This document shows positions 8,595 through 16,668 of a stretch of DNA of 55,764 nucleotides, one piece after another. This stretch comes from Candidatus Moranbacteria bacterium RIFOXYA12_FULL_35_19 (GTDB lineage: Bacteria; Patescibacteriota; Minisyncoccia; Moranbacterales; UBA2206). The notes beneath the pieces are model-generated. The model saw only the letters and a program-made list of their open reading frames with translations, was not told the DNA's origin and did no database searches. Made by a program: the position numbers and the translations under genes. How positions within the stretch are numbered: position 1 is the stretch's first letter; each line of letters opens with the position of its first letter. The stretch spans positions 1-55,764 of the forward strand of contig MFSE01000013.1 in the NCBI GenBank assembly GCA_001784805.1, read 5' to 3'.

Positions 8595-9206
8595 ATGGTT
8601 AATAATAAACAAAGCTTAAAAGAATTATTTGAAAATAAATTTTTGTATAATGATAGTATGAGCGCTACTGCTTCTAAATTTCTATTGGCTTTTTTAGCAG
8701 TTGGACCGCTCCTAGTTGTTGGGGCCGTGCTTCCCGGAATTATCTCTGCTACAAATTCGATAAAACAATCAAAAAAATATTCCGAGCCAAAATTCCAGAA
8801 TGCCTACAGAAATCTTCGCCACCGAAAACTAATTGAAATTATCCACGAGAAGAATGGCAAAATCAGAGTTCAGCTTACCAACAAAGGTCAAAAGCGCATT
8901 AAAGATTTTTATTTTGAAAATTTGCAACTGTCAAAACCAAAAAGGTGGGACGGCAAATGGCGAGTTTTGATTTTTGATATTCCAACCAAACCCCAAATAT
9001 ATAATCAGGCGCGAAATGCTTTGCGAAACAAAATCAAAGATCTCGGATTCTACCAAATGCAAAAAAGCGCTTGGATTTGTCCTTATGAATGCGAAGATGA
9101 AATCCTTTTTGTAGCGGAAATTTTCCAAGTACAAAAACACATCGAAATTCTCACCGTCGAAAAACTTCTACACGAAGAAAAAATCAGAAAGTATTTTAGA
9201 TTATAA
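8595..9206 (+). CDS. PaaX-like regulator with an N-terminal hydrophobic segment
   Basis: WDGKWRVLIFDIPTKPQIYNQARNALRNKIKDLGFYQMQKSAWICP matches the PaaX-like / Cas2-fold core. N-terminal LLAFLAVGPLLVVGAVLPGII looks like a TM helix. Confidence 0.55.
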   Translation: MVNNKQSLKELFENKFLYNDSMSATASKFLLAFLAVGPLLVVGAVLPGIISATNSIKQSKKYSEPKFQNAYRNLRHRKLIEIIHEKNGKIRVQLTNKGQKRIKDFYFENLQLSKPKRWDGKWRVLIFDIPTKPQIYNQARNALRNKIKDLGFYQMQKSAWICPYECEDEILFVAEIFQVQKHIEILTVEKLLHEEKIRKYFRL

Positions 9207-9242
9207 TCACTTTCTATGCATATGCACAATATTGATTATTGC
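9207..9242 (+). promoter_or_regulatory. TGCATATGCA palindrome motif, copy 3
   Basis: TCACTTTCTATGCATATGCACAATATTGATTATT directly after the PaaX-like stop. Near-identical to copy 4 at 26957-26993. Confidence 0.45.
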
Positions 9243-9345
9243 GAATTATTTTAGTGATGCGTAGTTGTTAATATTTTTGTTAATAATATCGCATCATAAA
9301 AACTTTCTCAAAATAAAAATCGGCAGGCACCACGATGGGCACCAA

Positions 9346-10095
9346 TTATTTTGAATTCTTTGATTGTTTTTTCCTCCAAAGATATTCAAAAATTTCTTTC
9401 ATAGCCAAAGATATCTTTTTGTTTTTAATCAACACTCCAGTTGGTTTTTTTTCATCAAAAGCAACTATCGAAACTTTGTCACCATAAATATTTATTTCGA
9501 TATTTAAATCACGAAAAAGATTAATGAATTTCATTTCTCGAAGCATTTTTTTGACACTTTTAATTTCTCGCTCGCCATCTTCGCTTTTTGGCAAAAGGCT
9601 TTTCACTTTAATCTGATGCTTGATCCTTTGTGGAAAATATTCATTTCTGAAAAAATCTCCCAATGTGCTATAGGCGCTGGCATAATCACAAATAGAATAT
9701 ATAATTTTTTCTTTATTGTCTCTCCAAGAATCATGATATAAATTTTTTACACTTTCTGAACCATTAAAATATTTCATTTCTGAAATAAGAGATTCAGAAT
9801 TAGTATTCTTTTGATTACCAATCCAACCCGCCAATTCTTGATTCTCTTTTTGCATATCACTTTCTCTTCTTTTAGCCCAAAGTAAAAAATCTTGTTTCGA
9901 GATTGGCTGATAAACAGTTTTATTCTCGCTCTTAATCCCAGAAACTAATCCTTTTTCAATTAATTTCTCAATAATTGGATAAAGCGTTGTTCGATTTATC
10001 AATGTCTCTCGGGATAATTCATGCACTGAGCCATTTTGCATTTTGTACAACCCCGCTAAAACTTTCTTTTCTTTTTCGGAAATAAAATTATTCAT
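9346..10095 (-). CDS. TrmB-family transcriptional regulator, paralog 2
   Basis: wHTH LAGLYKMQNGSVHELSRETLINRTTLYPIIEKLIEKGLV. ATG at 10095 preferred because the ORF-track TTG at 10119 lies inside the promoter (TTGACT 10129-10124, TATATT 10107-10102 on the minus strand). Confidence 0.75.
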   Translation of the reverse strand: MNNFISEKEKKVLAGLYKMQNGSVHELSRETLINRTTLYPIIEKLIEKGLVSGIKSENKTVYQPISKQDFLLWAKRRESDMQKENQELAGWIGNQKNTNSESLISEMKYFNGSESVKNLYHDSWRDNKEKIIYSICDYASAYSTLGDFFRNEYFPQRIKHQIKVKSLLPKSEDGEREIKSVKKMLREMKFINLFRDLNIEINIYGDKVSIVAFDEKKPTGVLIKNKKISLAMKEIFEYLWRKKQSKNSK

Positions 10096-10225
10096 ACCTT
10101 CAATATACTCTTTTGTCAAAATTAGTCAACACTTTGACATATTATCAATCTTAAGTTATATTTAACTGTTCCTTAATGTGGGAGTTAGAGATGTTCTTTA
10201 AAAATTTATTACCAAGGAGGGCGTT

Positions 10226-10567
10226 ATGATTATAATAAAAAAAGTAACCTATGCATTTTTTTATCTTGGATTTTTTTTTGTAGTATTTCATGGAGATCCA
10301 GCACCCAAATATTGGTATATGTTAATAAGTGCCACATTTGTGATTCAAATATTTCTTTTCGACTGTACCGGACAACCCATCCCCTTAGAAAATATGCGTC
10401 CATTTTGTATTTATGAGGTGATTGGAACTATTGCAAATATTATCATTGTTAAAAGTAAGCGTAGCTCTTCCGCAGTACTTAACGATACAACACACAATTT
10501 TCAAGAAGGTGAACGATTTAAGATTTCACTTTGGGGAAAATTTATTCTACTTAGTCCTGAAAAATAG
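10226..10567 (+). CDS. Hypothetical membrane protein
   Basis: Strong SD (AAGGAGGG) before the ATG and two predicted hydrophobic helices. Confidence 0.5.
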   Translation: MIIIKKVTYAFFYLGFFFVVFHGDPAPKYWYMLISATFVIQIFLFDCTGQPIPLENMRPFCIYEVIGTIANIIIVKSKRSSSAVLNDTTHNFQEGERFKISLWGKFILLSPEK

Positions 10568-10688
10568 GGCTTACATCCCAACTATCAAAAAACAGGATGC
10601 AAGAAAATTCTTGCCCCTGTTTTTATTTTTTACAATATTTTCATTAATATGTTATATTTTATATACTTTCTAATATATTAATTCTTTT

Positions 10689-11213
10689 ATGCCAAAAATC
10701 GCAATCACATCCGACATCCACAACAATGAAGTCAATCTCCAAAAGGTTTTGGATTTTTGCGCTGACAAAAAAATTGAGACGATTATTTGTTGCGGGGATT
10801 TAGCATCAAAAGAAACTTTGGATTTTATGAATGATAATTTTTCGGGAAATATTCTTTATACTTATGGCAATGCTGATTATGACGATCTACGCGACCTCGA
10901 AAATGAGAAAAAATATCGCAACACCTACATTTTCAAAAAATTCGGCGAAGCAATTATTGAGAAAAAAAATATTGCCTTTATACATTATCCGCAGGAAGCC
11001 AAAGGATTGGCGCAAACTGGAAAATATGATTTTGTTTTCTATGGCCACACCCACAAACCCTGGGTTGAAAAAATCAAAGCCGACGCCAATCAGAGAGAAT
11101 GTACTTTGCTAAACCCCGGTACAACCGCTGGCGAAATATATCCCCCAACTTTTGCTGTTTGGGAAACAGATATGGATAAATTTGAACTAATCAGAATACA
11201 TAATTTAAAATAA
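10689..11213 (+). CDS. YfcE/MJ0936-family metallophosphoesterase
   Basis: Motifs SDIHNN, CCGDL, GNADY and YGHTHKPW. Confidence 0.8.
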   Translation: MPKIAITSDIHNNEVNLQKVLDFCADKKIETIICCGDLASKETLDFMNDNFSGNILYTYGNADYDDLRDLENEKKYRNTYIFKKFGEAIIEKKNIAFIHYPQEAKGLAQTGKYDFVFYGHTHKPWVEKIKADANQRECTLLNPGTTAGEIYPPTFAVWETDMDKFELIRIHNLK

Positions 11214-11335
11214 GTCAAAAGGAAAATAGATAATAGCTCAAGAAAAAAGATAATAGAAAGAAGATTTAGTTATTCTAATTTCTATTTTCCAATTTCCTAA
11301 ACTATTTTCCAATTTCTAATTAACAATTTTCTACA
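11214..11335. repeat. Intergenic word-hairpin, TTCTAATTTC family, copy 2
   Basis: GGAAAATAGATAATAGCTCAAGAAAAAAGATAATAG faces TTCTAATTTCTATTTTCCAATTTCC. TTCTAATTTC lies at 11273-11282. Confidence 0.6.
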
Positions 11336-11338
11336 ATT

Positions 11339-11923
11339 ATGTCCAAACAAACCCTTCTTGAAAAATTAAATAAAAAAATGCTCGCTTGCCAAAAGTGTAC
11401 TTTACGCGTAACTTGTCATCAAGTCGTCCCAGGCGAAGGATCGGCTAACGCTAAAATTATGTTTATCGGCGAAGGCCCAGGGAAAAAAGAAGATGAACTC
11501 GGTCGTCCTTTTGTCGGTTCGGCCGGAAAATTTCTGGACGAAATGCTAGAAATAATAAATCTCAAACGCGAAGACATATACATCGCCAATGTGGTCAAAT
11601 GTCGCCCGCCCGAAAATCGTGATCCACTTCCACAAGAAGCAATCGCTTGCTGGCCCTGGCTACTCGAACAAATAAAAATAATTCAACCAAAATTGATCGT
11701 CACACTTGGTCGCCATTCCATGGAAAGATTCCTTCCTAACCAGAAGATTTCCCAAATGCACGGAACACTTGTGATAAAAACCGTTCCAGAAATTGGGCGT
11801 CAGAATTTCTATACACTCTACCACCCTGCCGCCGCGCTCTACAATGGCTCCATGCGCGAAACTTTGATTGCCGACTTCAAAAAAATTCCAAAGGTTTTGG
11901 AAAAAATTGAAAATATAAAATAG
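11339..11923 (+). CDS. Uracil-DNA glycosylase, family 4
   Basis: CQKC..C cluster, GEGPGKKEDELGRPFVGSAGKFL and HPAAALY motifs. Confidence 0.85.
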   Translation: MSKQTLLEKLNKKMLACQKCTLRVTCHQVVPGEGSANAKIMFIGEGPGKKEDELGRPFVGSAGKFLDEMLEIINLKREDIYIANVVKCRPPENRDPLPQEAIACWPWLLEQIKIIQPKLIVTLGRHSMERFLPNQKISQMHGTLVIKTVPEIGRQNFYTLYHPAAALYNGSMRETLIADFKKIPKVLEKIENIK

Positions 11924-11973
11924 AAAAAGCGCCTAGTCGAAACTAAACGCTTTTCGAAAATATAGTCCGTTGA

Positions 11974-12567
11974 CTATTTTTTTTCTTTTAAATTCATTTT
12001 TATAAAGTCCAATATTTTAATAAAATCTGAAAGCATATCTTTTCGCAACGCTGGCAATCTCATTAAGAATTGCTGGAGATTTACTCCTTCCTCCAACAAT
12101 CTATTAAGAAAAATAATTGCTCTCTCCTCAGATCTTTTCACCATGCAATCAAAAAAATACCAAGGAGCCTTTTCTTTTACATACTCTTCGCTTTCCAGCT
12201 CGTCGGCAGTAAAAAATTCCGAATTGTTAACGATAAACCGGAGAATTTCTGCCCGTCTCTTAATTGATTCAGGATTATTCTGTAAAAAATTAACTTCCAG
12301 CTTGCTTTTGAGAACAACAAACAATTCGTCAGTTTTTATTTTTGTTGAATACAAAAAAAAGAAGAAACTTTGAATTTGTCCAAGATTGAGTTCTTCGATA
12401 TTTTCAGCAATCTCAATCATCCAGCATTTTATTTCATCGATCTCTGCCCCTTCCGAAAGTTCTTTTCTAATTTTATAGGCAAATAAAATTGCTGGTGTTT
12501 GCCCCTCCCTATCTTCTGATTGATCTTCGGTTAATACCCTATAAAGTTCGTTATTTTCATTAATCAT
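11974..12567 (-). CDS. Hypothetical protein
   Basis: 197-aa ORF with an SD (AAGGAGGACAGC) before the ATG. No family recognised. Confidence 0.5.
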   Translation of the reverse strand: MINENNELYRVLTEDQSEDREGQTPAILFAYKIRKELSEGAEIDEIKCWMIEIAENIEELNLGQIQSFFFFLYSTKIKTDELFVVLKSKLEVNFLQNNPESIKRRAEILRFIVNNSEFFTADELESEEYVKEKAPWYFFDCMVKRSEERAIIFLNRLLEEGVNLQQFLMRLPALRKDMLSDFIKILDFIKMNLKEKK

Positions 12568-12673
12568 GCTGTCCTCCTTATATTTTCCTGTATTATTAAG
12601 TTTTTAAATTGCAATCCTTAGAATTCTCCTTAAAAATAGCCTACACCTAGAAAAATAAATTAGCAAGTAATCA

Positions 12674-12695
12674 AAATCGCCTCATCGGCGATTTT
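12674..12695. terminator. Hairpin AAAATCGCC-TCATC-GGCGATTTT
   Basis: Its GCCTCATCGGC core is the same as in the coding-region cassettes at 35670-35690 and 36762-36782. Flanked by A/T runs. Confidence 0.55.
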
Positions 12696-12699
12696 GTTA

Positions 12700-13116
12700 C
12701 TATATAGTCTTCAAAAATTCCTCAACATTTTCATATCTCTCTTTAAATATTAAATACAAACTTTCTGGTTTTTCTAGTTTGCCAATTAAAATTAACGGCT
12801 TTCCTAATCCATAAGCAATTCCTGCTTCAATATGCACTGAATTTCCAGCGGGTAAAAGTACGATAACCCTATCAGCATTTTTTAGTCCTTCCAAATCAGT
12901 TTCAAAAACTTCTCTAAAATATTCGTCTTCCAAAAAATTTTCCACTTTCTCAAAGGCTTTCATTTGTTCTTCTGGATGCGCTTCAGGGTTTTTGGGATCA
13001 GCTGGTTTTTCGCAAAAATTATAGCAAGTCTTACCTCTTTTTTCTAATTCTTCCACTAAATATTCTACCGCGTCTTTATTCCTAAATTTTGATAGGATAG
13101 TATAATCTGTTTTCAT
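12700..13116 (-). CDS. Nucleoside 2-deoxyribosyltransferase-like protein
   Basis: ADRVIVLLPAGNSVHIEAGIAYGLGKPLILI resembles the NDT-family catalytic Glu region. Start moved to the ATG at 13116 because the ORF-track extension overlaps a tRNA. Confidence 0.5.
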   Translation of the reverse strand: MKTDYTILSKFRNKDAVEYLVEELEKRGKTCYNFCEKPADPKNPEAHPEEQMKAFEKVENFLEDEYFREVFETDLEGLKNADRVIVLLPAGNSVHIEAGIAYGLGKPLILIGKLEKPESLYLIFKERYENVEEFLKTI

Positions 13117-13130
13117 ATATTTAATCACTG

Positions 13131-13214
13131 TGGGCAAGGAGGGACTCGAACCCTCAATCCGCGAACGGAGCGACATTTTAAGTGTCGTGCGTATACCAAT
13201 TCCGCCACTCGCCC
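13131..13214 (-). tRNA. tRNA-Leu (anticodon TAA)
   Basis: Hand fold. Acceptor GGGCGAG/CTTGCCC, anticodon stem CGACA/TGTCG with loop CTTAAAA, long variable arm, T-loop TTCGAGT. Confidence 0.85.
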
Positions 13215-13219
13215 AAAAA

Positions 13220-13702
13220 TTATTTTCTTTTTATATTCCTGCCTCTATGTGTTGGTTTCAAGCTATGACAATTGGGACAAAGTACCCGTAAATTTTTTAT
13301 TCTATTATCCTTGCTATCCCCATTGATATGATCAAGCTCCAATGGCAATCTGCCATCTTTTGAAACTTTATGCCAACCACATTCTTCGCAAAATTTAGAT
13401 TTTAGTTTTGCTTCAAATAATCTTTTCTTTAATTTATAACTTTGAAAATAACTATTCTTAACTAAAATATCTTTTAACTCTATCCTAGGCTTTCCAACTA
13501 TATGCAACCCCTTGCTCCAACCCATACCTCTGAAATGTGCCGTATTTATTTTATAAAATTCAATATATTTTTTTGTTTGCGAATAATTTCCACCCGCCTC
13601 TCTCAATCCCAATTTAGATAATACCTGCCTTATACTTGTACTATTTTTAGCAGCTTCCCTTAGTTGATTCTCCGTCCATGTTCTTTTTTTGTTTGTTTTC
13701 AT
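13220..13702 (-). CDS. HNH endonuclease
   Basis: C-terminal CEECG...ELDHINGDSKDNRIKNLRVLCPNCH. It ends 5 nt from tRNA-Leu(TAA). Confidence 0.8.
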   Translation of the reverse strand: MKTNKKRTWTENQLREAAKNSTSIRQVLSKLGLREAGGNYSQTKKYIEFYKINTAHFRGMGWSKGLHIVGKPRIELKDILVKNSYFQSYKLKKRLFEAKLKSKFCEECGWHKVSKDGRLPLELDHINGDSKDNRIKNLRVLCPNCHSLKPTHRGRNIKRK

Positions 13703-13838
13703 ATTTATGGTAGGCTCGTTTTATATATCATACTTCAAGTATACCATAAATAATACAAACAACAATTCTTTGAGGTCGCGTCCGGAATTTTTATCTGGCA
13801 TAGTCAGAGAACCGGAGTAAAGGGTTTTGTCTCGCTAC

Positions 13839-13869
13839 GCGAGATCTGGCATAGCCAGACAGACCTACC
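13839..13869. repeat. Tandem mini-hairpins (TCTCGC-TAC-GCGAGA, TCTGGC-ATA-GCCAGA)
   Basis: GTCTCGCTACGCGAGATCTGGCATAGCCAGAC. Related to the 34-bp palindrome at 14243-14276. A further copy TCTGGCATAGTCAGAGA lies at 13794-13810. Confidence 0.65.
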
Positions 13870-13882
13870 TTCTTTCCCCTTG

Positions 13883-13953
13883 AGGTCCGAGGCGGAATTG
13901 AACCGCCGTACAGGGTTTTGCAGACCCTTGCCTAACCGCTCGGCCATCGGACC
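13883..13953 (-). tRNA. tRNA-Cys (anticodon GCA)
   Basis: Hand fold. Acceptor GGTCCGA/TCGGACC, anticodon stem AGGGT/ACCCT with loop CTGCAAA, T-loop TTCAATT. Confidence 0.85.
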
Positions 13954-13958
13954 AAATA

Positions 13959-14213
13959 TTATTTTTCTAAAGAATATTTTAATCTTTCTTTCAATAAATC
14001 TCTTTGTTGATGAGTTTTTAAAAAATATTCTCTTTCTGTAGCATCTTTCTTGTCTTTATAGGCCTCGTAATAAACTAGAATAAAAGGCACTCGAGATTTA
14101 GTTGATTTTACCGTCCCCTTATTATGATCTTCAAATCTTTTCCTTAAATCCGTCGAGTATCCTATATAAATATTTTTGTCTTTTTTACTCTGCAAAACAT
14201 AAACATAATACAT
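13959..14213 (-). CDS. GIY-YIG nuclease family protein
   Basis: MYYVYVLQSKKDKNIYIGYSTDLRKRFEDHN, a classic GIY-(10-11)-YIG N-terminus. 84 aa. Confidence 0.85.
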   Translation of the reverse strand: MYYVYVLQSKKDKNIYIGYSTDLRKRFEDHNKGTVKSTKSRVPFILVYYEAYKDKKDATEREYFLKTHQQRDLLKERLKYSLEK

Positions 14214-14242
14214 AAGATAAACATTAAATTATATGAGGATTC

Positions 14243-14276
14243 GGTCTGGCTACGCCAGATCTGGCGTAGCCAGACC
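14243..14276. repeat. Perfect 34-bp palindrome
   Basis: GGTCTGGCTACGCCAGA|TCTGGCGTAGCCAGACC. Each half is itself a 6-bp-stem hairpin. Confidence 0.8.
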
Positions 14277-14390
14277 ACACGACCATTACTATATTATATA
14301 GTATCAAAGGCTATATTTACAGTCAACTCAATTGACTCCTCTAAAAACAAATTTTGTATTTTAATTCGGCCCCTAAGGAAAATCATAACA

Positions 14391-14420
14391 AAAACCCTTC
14401 TCTTACGAAAAGGGTTTTTG
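14391..14420. terminator. Bidirectional terminator hairpin
   Basis: AAACCCTT-loop-AAGGGTTT with A/T runs on both sides, downstream of the 14445-14993 gene. Confidence 0.65.
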
Positions 14421-14444
14421 TCTTCTATTAAAAATCTTTATTTT

Positions 14445-14993
14445 TTAGAGGATTACTTCCGCTTCAAGATTTCGTCTGCCGAAAGCGAAAGCTTCTTTTT
14501 TGGTTTTCATATAGATGTCAACGTGATTTCCTTTGATGGCGCCTCCGCGGTCCTGGCAAACATAAGTTCCCATTCCAGAAATTTTAATTTTAGTTCCCAT
14601 TGGAAATTGAGGCGGACAAGCAATGGTTTCGTTTTCCTTGACCATAAGTCCGGAAGCAGTGATCCCATCTGACTTTCCACATTCATCAGCTGCAGCCGTA
14701 TAAGCCGAAGCATTGATAGTGAATTTTCCTTTAGGATACACAGCTAATTTTCTTTTCTCGGCATATCTTTCCAAGGCTTTTTCTCTTTCAGGAGAAATTT
14801 TATTTTCTTTTTCAATAAATCCTTCGAATGCTTCGTCCTTTTCGGCATAAGCCAGAAGGGTATTTTTATTTGAAAAAATATCTAAATTTGTTTTTGTTTC
14901 ATTAGATTCTACCGCTTCCACTGCCATTGCCGTATTTGAAAAAAATATGGTCAAGGCAATCAAAAGCGCAAAAGATACACTAATGATACGCAT
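14445..14993 (-). CDS. Secreted 3D-domain protein (MltA/RlpA-like fold)
   Basis: Signal peptide MRIISVSFALLIALTIFFSNTAMA. C-terminal SAYTAAADECGKSDGITASG...CQDRGGAIKGNHVDIY. Confidence 0.75.
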   Translation of the reverse strand: MRIISVSFALLIALTIFFSNTAMAVEAVESNETKTNLDIFSNKNTLLAYAEKDEAFEGFIEKENKISPEREKALERYAEKRKLAVYPKGKFTINASAYTAAADECGKSDGITASGLMVKENETIACPPQFPMGTKIKISGMGTYVCQDRGGAIKGNHVDIYMKTKKEAFAFGRRNLEAEVIL

Positions 14994-15108
14994 AATAATA
15001 TGTTAATTTACTCTAGGCTAACTAAAAAAGCTTTCAAACGCTTATTTTAATTAACTTGAGAGTATAGCAGATTTTTTCCATCTCGTCAATAGTCAAAAGA
15101 GATTATTT

Positions 15109-15205
15109 GGCTTATTTAAGCCATTTATATTTTCAGCTAAACTTTTTTAGGCTTATATAAAACAAAATAAGCCTTTTGGGCTTATTTTTGCTTTTTGGCT
15201 TATTT
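15109..15205. repeat. Four direct copies of GGCTTAT(T/A)T
   Basis: Copies start at 15109, 15150, 15179 and 15197. The second sits in the hairpin AGGCTTAT-ATAAAACAAA-ATAAGCCT. Confidence 0.6.
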
Positions 15206-15210
15206 AAAGT

Positions 15211-16479
15211 CTATTTATTTCCAGACAACAAAGAATTTATAATCCCCTCGTCTTGGCAAGTATATTTATTACTAGCACTATAAGATCTTCTTTTGGAGCC
15301 ATAACAGCCTCCGTTGTCCTTATTTAAGGTTGCCATCATCGGCATCAAAAATCCCATATCCTTAGAAACAAAATAATTATACAAATATTTGAGCGTTTCG
15401 GTTCTTTTGGTTTTATTCATTCGAGCATATACACTCATATCGTCAAAAAGCAGTCCACTCCAATCTAAATGAAGTAGTACATTATTGGCTTTAGAAGCAT
15501 ACTTTTCATGCCAAAGAAGCGCCCAGCAACTTTGCAAATGACTCCAACACGGGCCATTTTCAATTACCCCATCTTCACCAATTCCCACTCCGCCTTCAAT
15601 ATAATCAAACATTTTAAGATATTTTTCGTCTGTAATATTGCCGGTTTGTGCCCCAATCACAATTTCAATCCCTTTTTCCTTGGCATAACTACGCATTTCA
15701 TCCAACACCTTTTTCATTTTGGATTTATCTAAATCAGAGGAATCTTGAAAATAAACCTGCCCAAAAAGAAAACTTTGAATACCAATATCCATCGCTTCAT
15801 GCGTAATGTGCTTTAGATATTCGCGATATTCTTTCTCTCCGACATTGGGCTTACAAGTATGTTCCCCCCAAACATTTTCCGAATTATCTCGACACATCTC
15901 GGAAAAATCAAATTCTTTTCCGCCTTCTTCAAAAGATTTTTCTCCTCTCTTGATTGCCTCCGCGATAAACATACCATAAATTATTCCGGGTTTTTTTATT
16001 TTTGCCATAATTTCTGTGGCTTTTTGAAAATCCGGCGTATCCAGCCAAGTTTCCAGCGCCCGATGAAGATATTGACAATTGGATCGATTGATCATTGCCA
16101 CCGCTTCTTTGGTATCCCCACCATACTCGGAAAGAATTCCGTCCGCCACACAACCTTGTTTTTTTATTTTCTCCATTGAAATTGGTCCGGGTTTATAAAC
16201 ATATTCGTATTTGGGCTTGGGCGGTTCTTCCTTTGGAATGCTTTTGATAATTCTTTTTGGAATATCCACTAAAACAGGCTCGATCCTAGAAAGCTGATCA
16301 GATTTTTTTAAAATTAAACCAACTAAAAATACTGCCGGAATAAGAAAAATAATCACGCCAAAAAACAACCCCACTTTTTTAGTTTTCAAAAAAATCCAAA
16401 CTCGCCCCCAAAAAGGTTGGTAATATTCTATTTTTTTAATTTTATTTTCCGGAATAAACATACCTCTTATATTATACAT
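15211..16479 (-). CDS. Membrane-anchored hypothetical protein with a Cys-rich extracytoplasmic domain
   Basis: One TM helix (VGLFFGVIIFLIPAVFLVGLIL), then about 340 aa with 8 Cys. No family recognised. Confidence 0.5.
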   Translation of the reverse strand: MYNIRGMFIPENKIKKIEYYQPFWGRVWIFLKTKKVGLFFGVIIFLIPAVFLVGLILKKSDQLSRIEPVLVDIPKRIIKSIPKEEPPKPKYEYVYKPGPISMEKIKKQGCVADGILSEYGGDTKEAVAMINRSNCQYLHRALETWLDTPDFQKATEIMAKIKKPGIIYGMFIAEAIKRGEKSFEEGGKEFDFSEMCRDNSENVWGEHTCKPNVGEKEYREYLKHITHEAMDIGIQSFLFGQVYFQDSSDLDKSKMKKVLDEMRSYAKEKGIEIVIGAQTGNITDEKYLKMFDYIEGGVGIGEDGVIENGPCWSHLQSCWALLWHEKYASKANNVLLHLDWSGLLFDDMSVYARMNKTKRTETLKYLYNYFVSKDMGFLMPMMATLNKDNGGCYGSKRRSYSASNKYTCQDEGIINSLLSGNK

Positions 16480-16495
16480 CCAAATTGAAATTGTG

Positions 16496-16599
16496 GCATT
16501 TAGGACTTACGCGTTTGCTGTTTTAGACACTGGATGTCTCGCGACCGTAACAGCCGAAAGACATCCAGTGTCTACAAACGCGCAAGTCCTAGTATTGCC
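16496..16599. repeat. Long bulged hairpin (about 104 nt) in a divergent promoter region
   Basis: TAGGACTTACGCGTTTG pairs with CAAACGCGCAAGTCCTA, and TAGACACTGGATGTCT pairs with AGACATCCAGTGTCTA. A 6-nt bulge and a 19-nt loop are present. Confidence 0.7.
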
Positions 16600-16668
16600 G
16601 AAAAATAACCCTTGTGCTAAGATTAACTTTGTTGCTTAAGTAATTAATAATTTTAAAAATAAAAACCA

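Noticed and set aside
10422-11112. Overlapping plus-strand ORFs 10422-10673 and 10831-11112.
   Set aside because: The first spans a terminator hairpin (about 10589-10632) and has no SD. The second is out of frame inside the well-supported metallophosphoesterase gene.
13117-13176. N-terminal extension of the 12700-13176 ORF.
   Set aside because: It overlaps tRNA-Leu(TAA). The internal ATG at 13116 (MKTDY...) is the likely start.
13769-13789. Possible duplicated 3' end of tRNA-Cys (TTTGAGGTCGCGTCCGGAATT versus CTTGAGGTCCGAGGCGGAATT at 13880-13900), as an att-site scar.
   Set aside because: Only two short blocks of 8 and 6 nt match around a mismatched core. This is too weak to call without comparative data.
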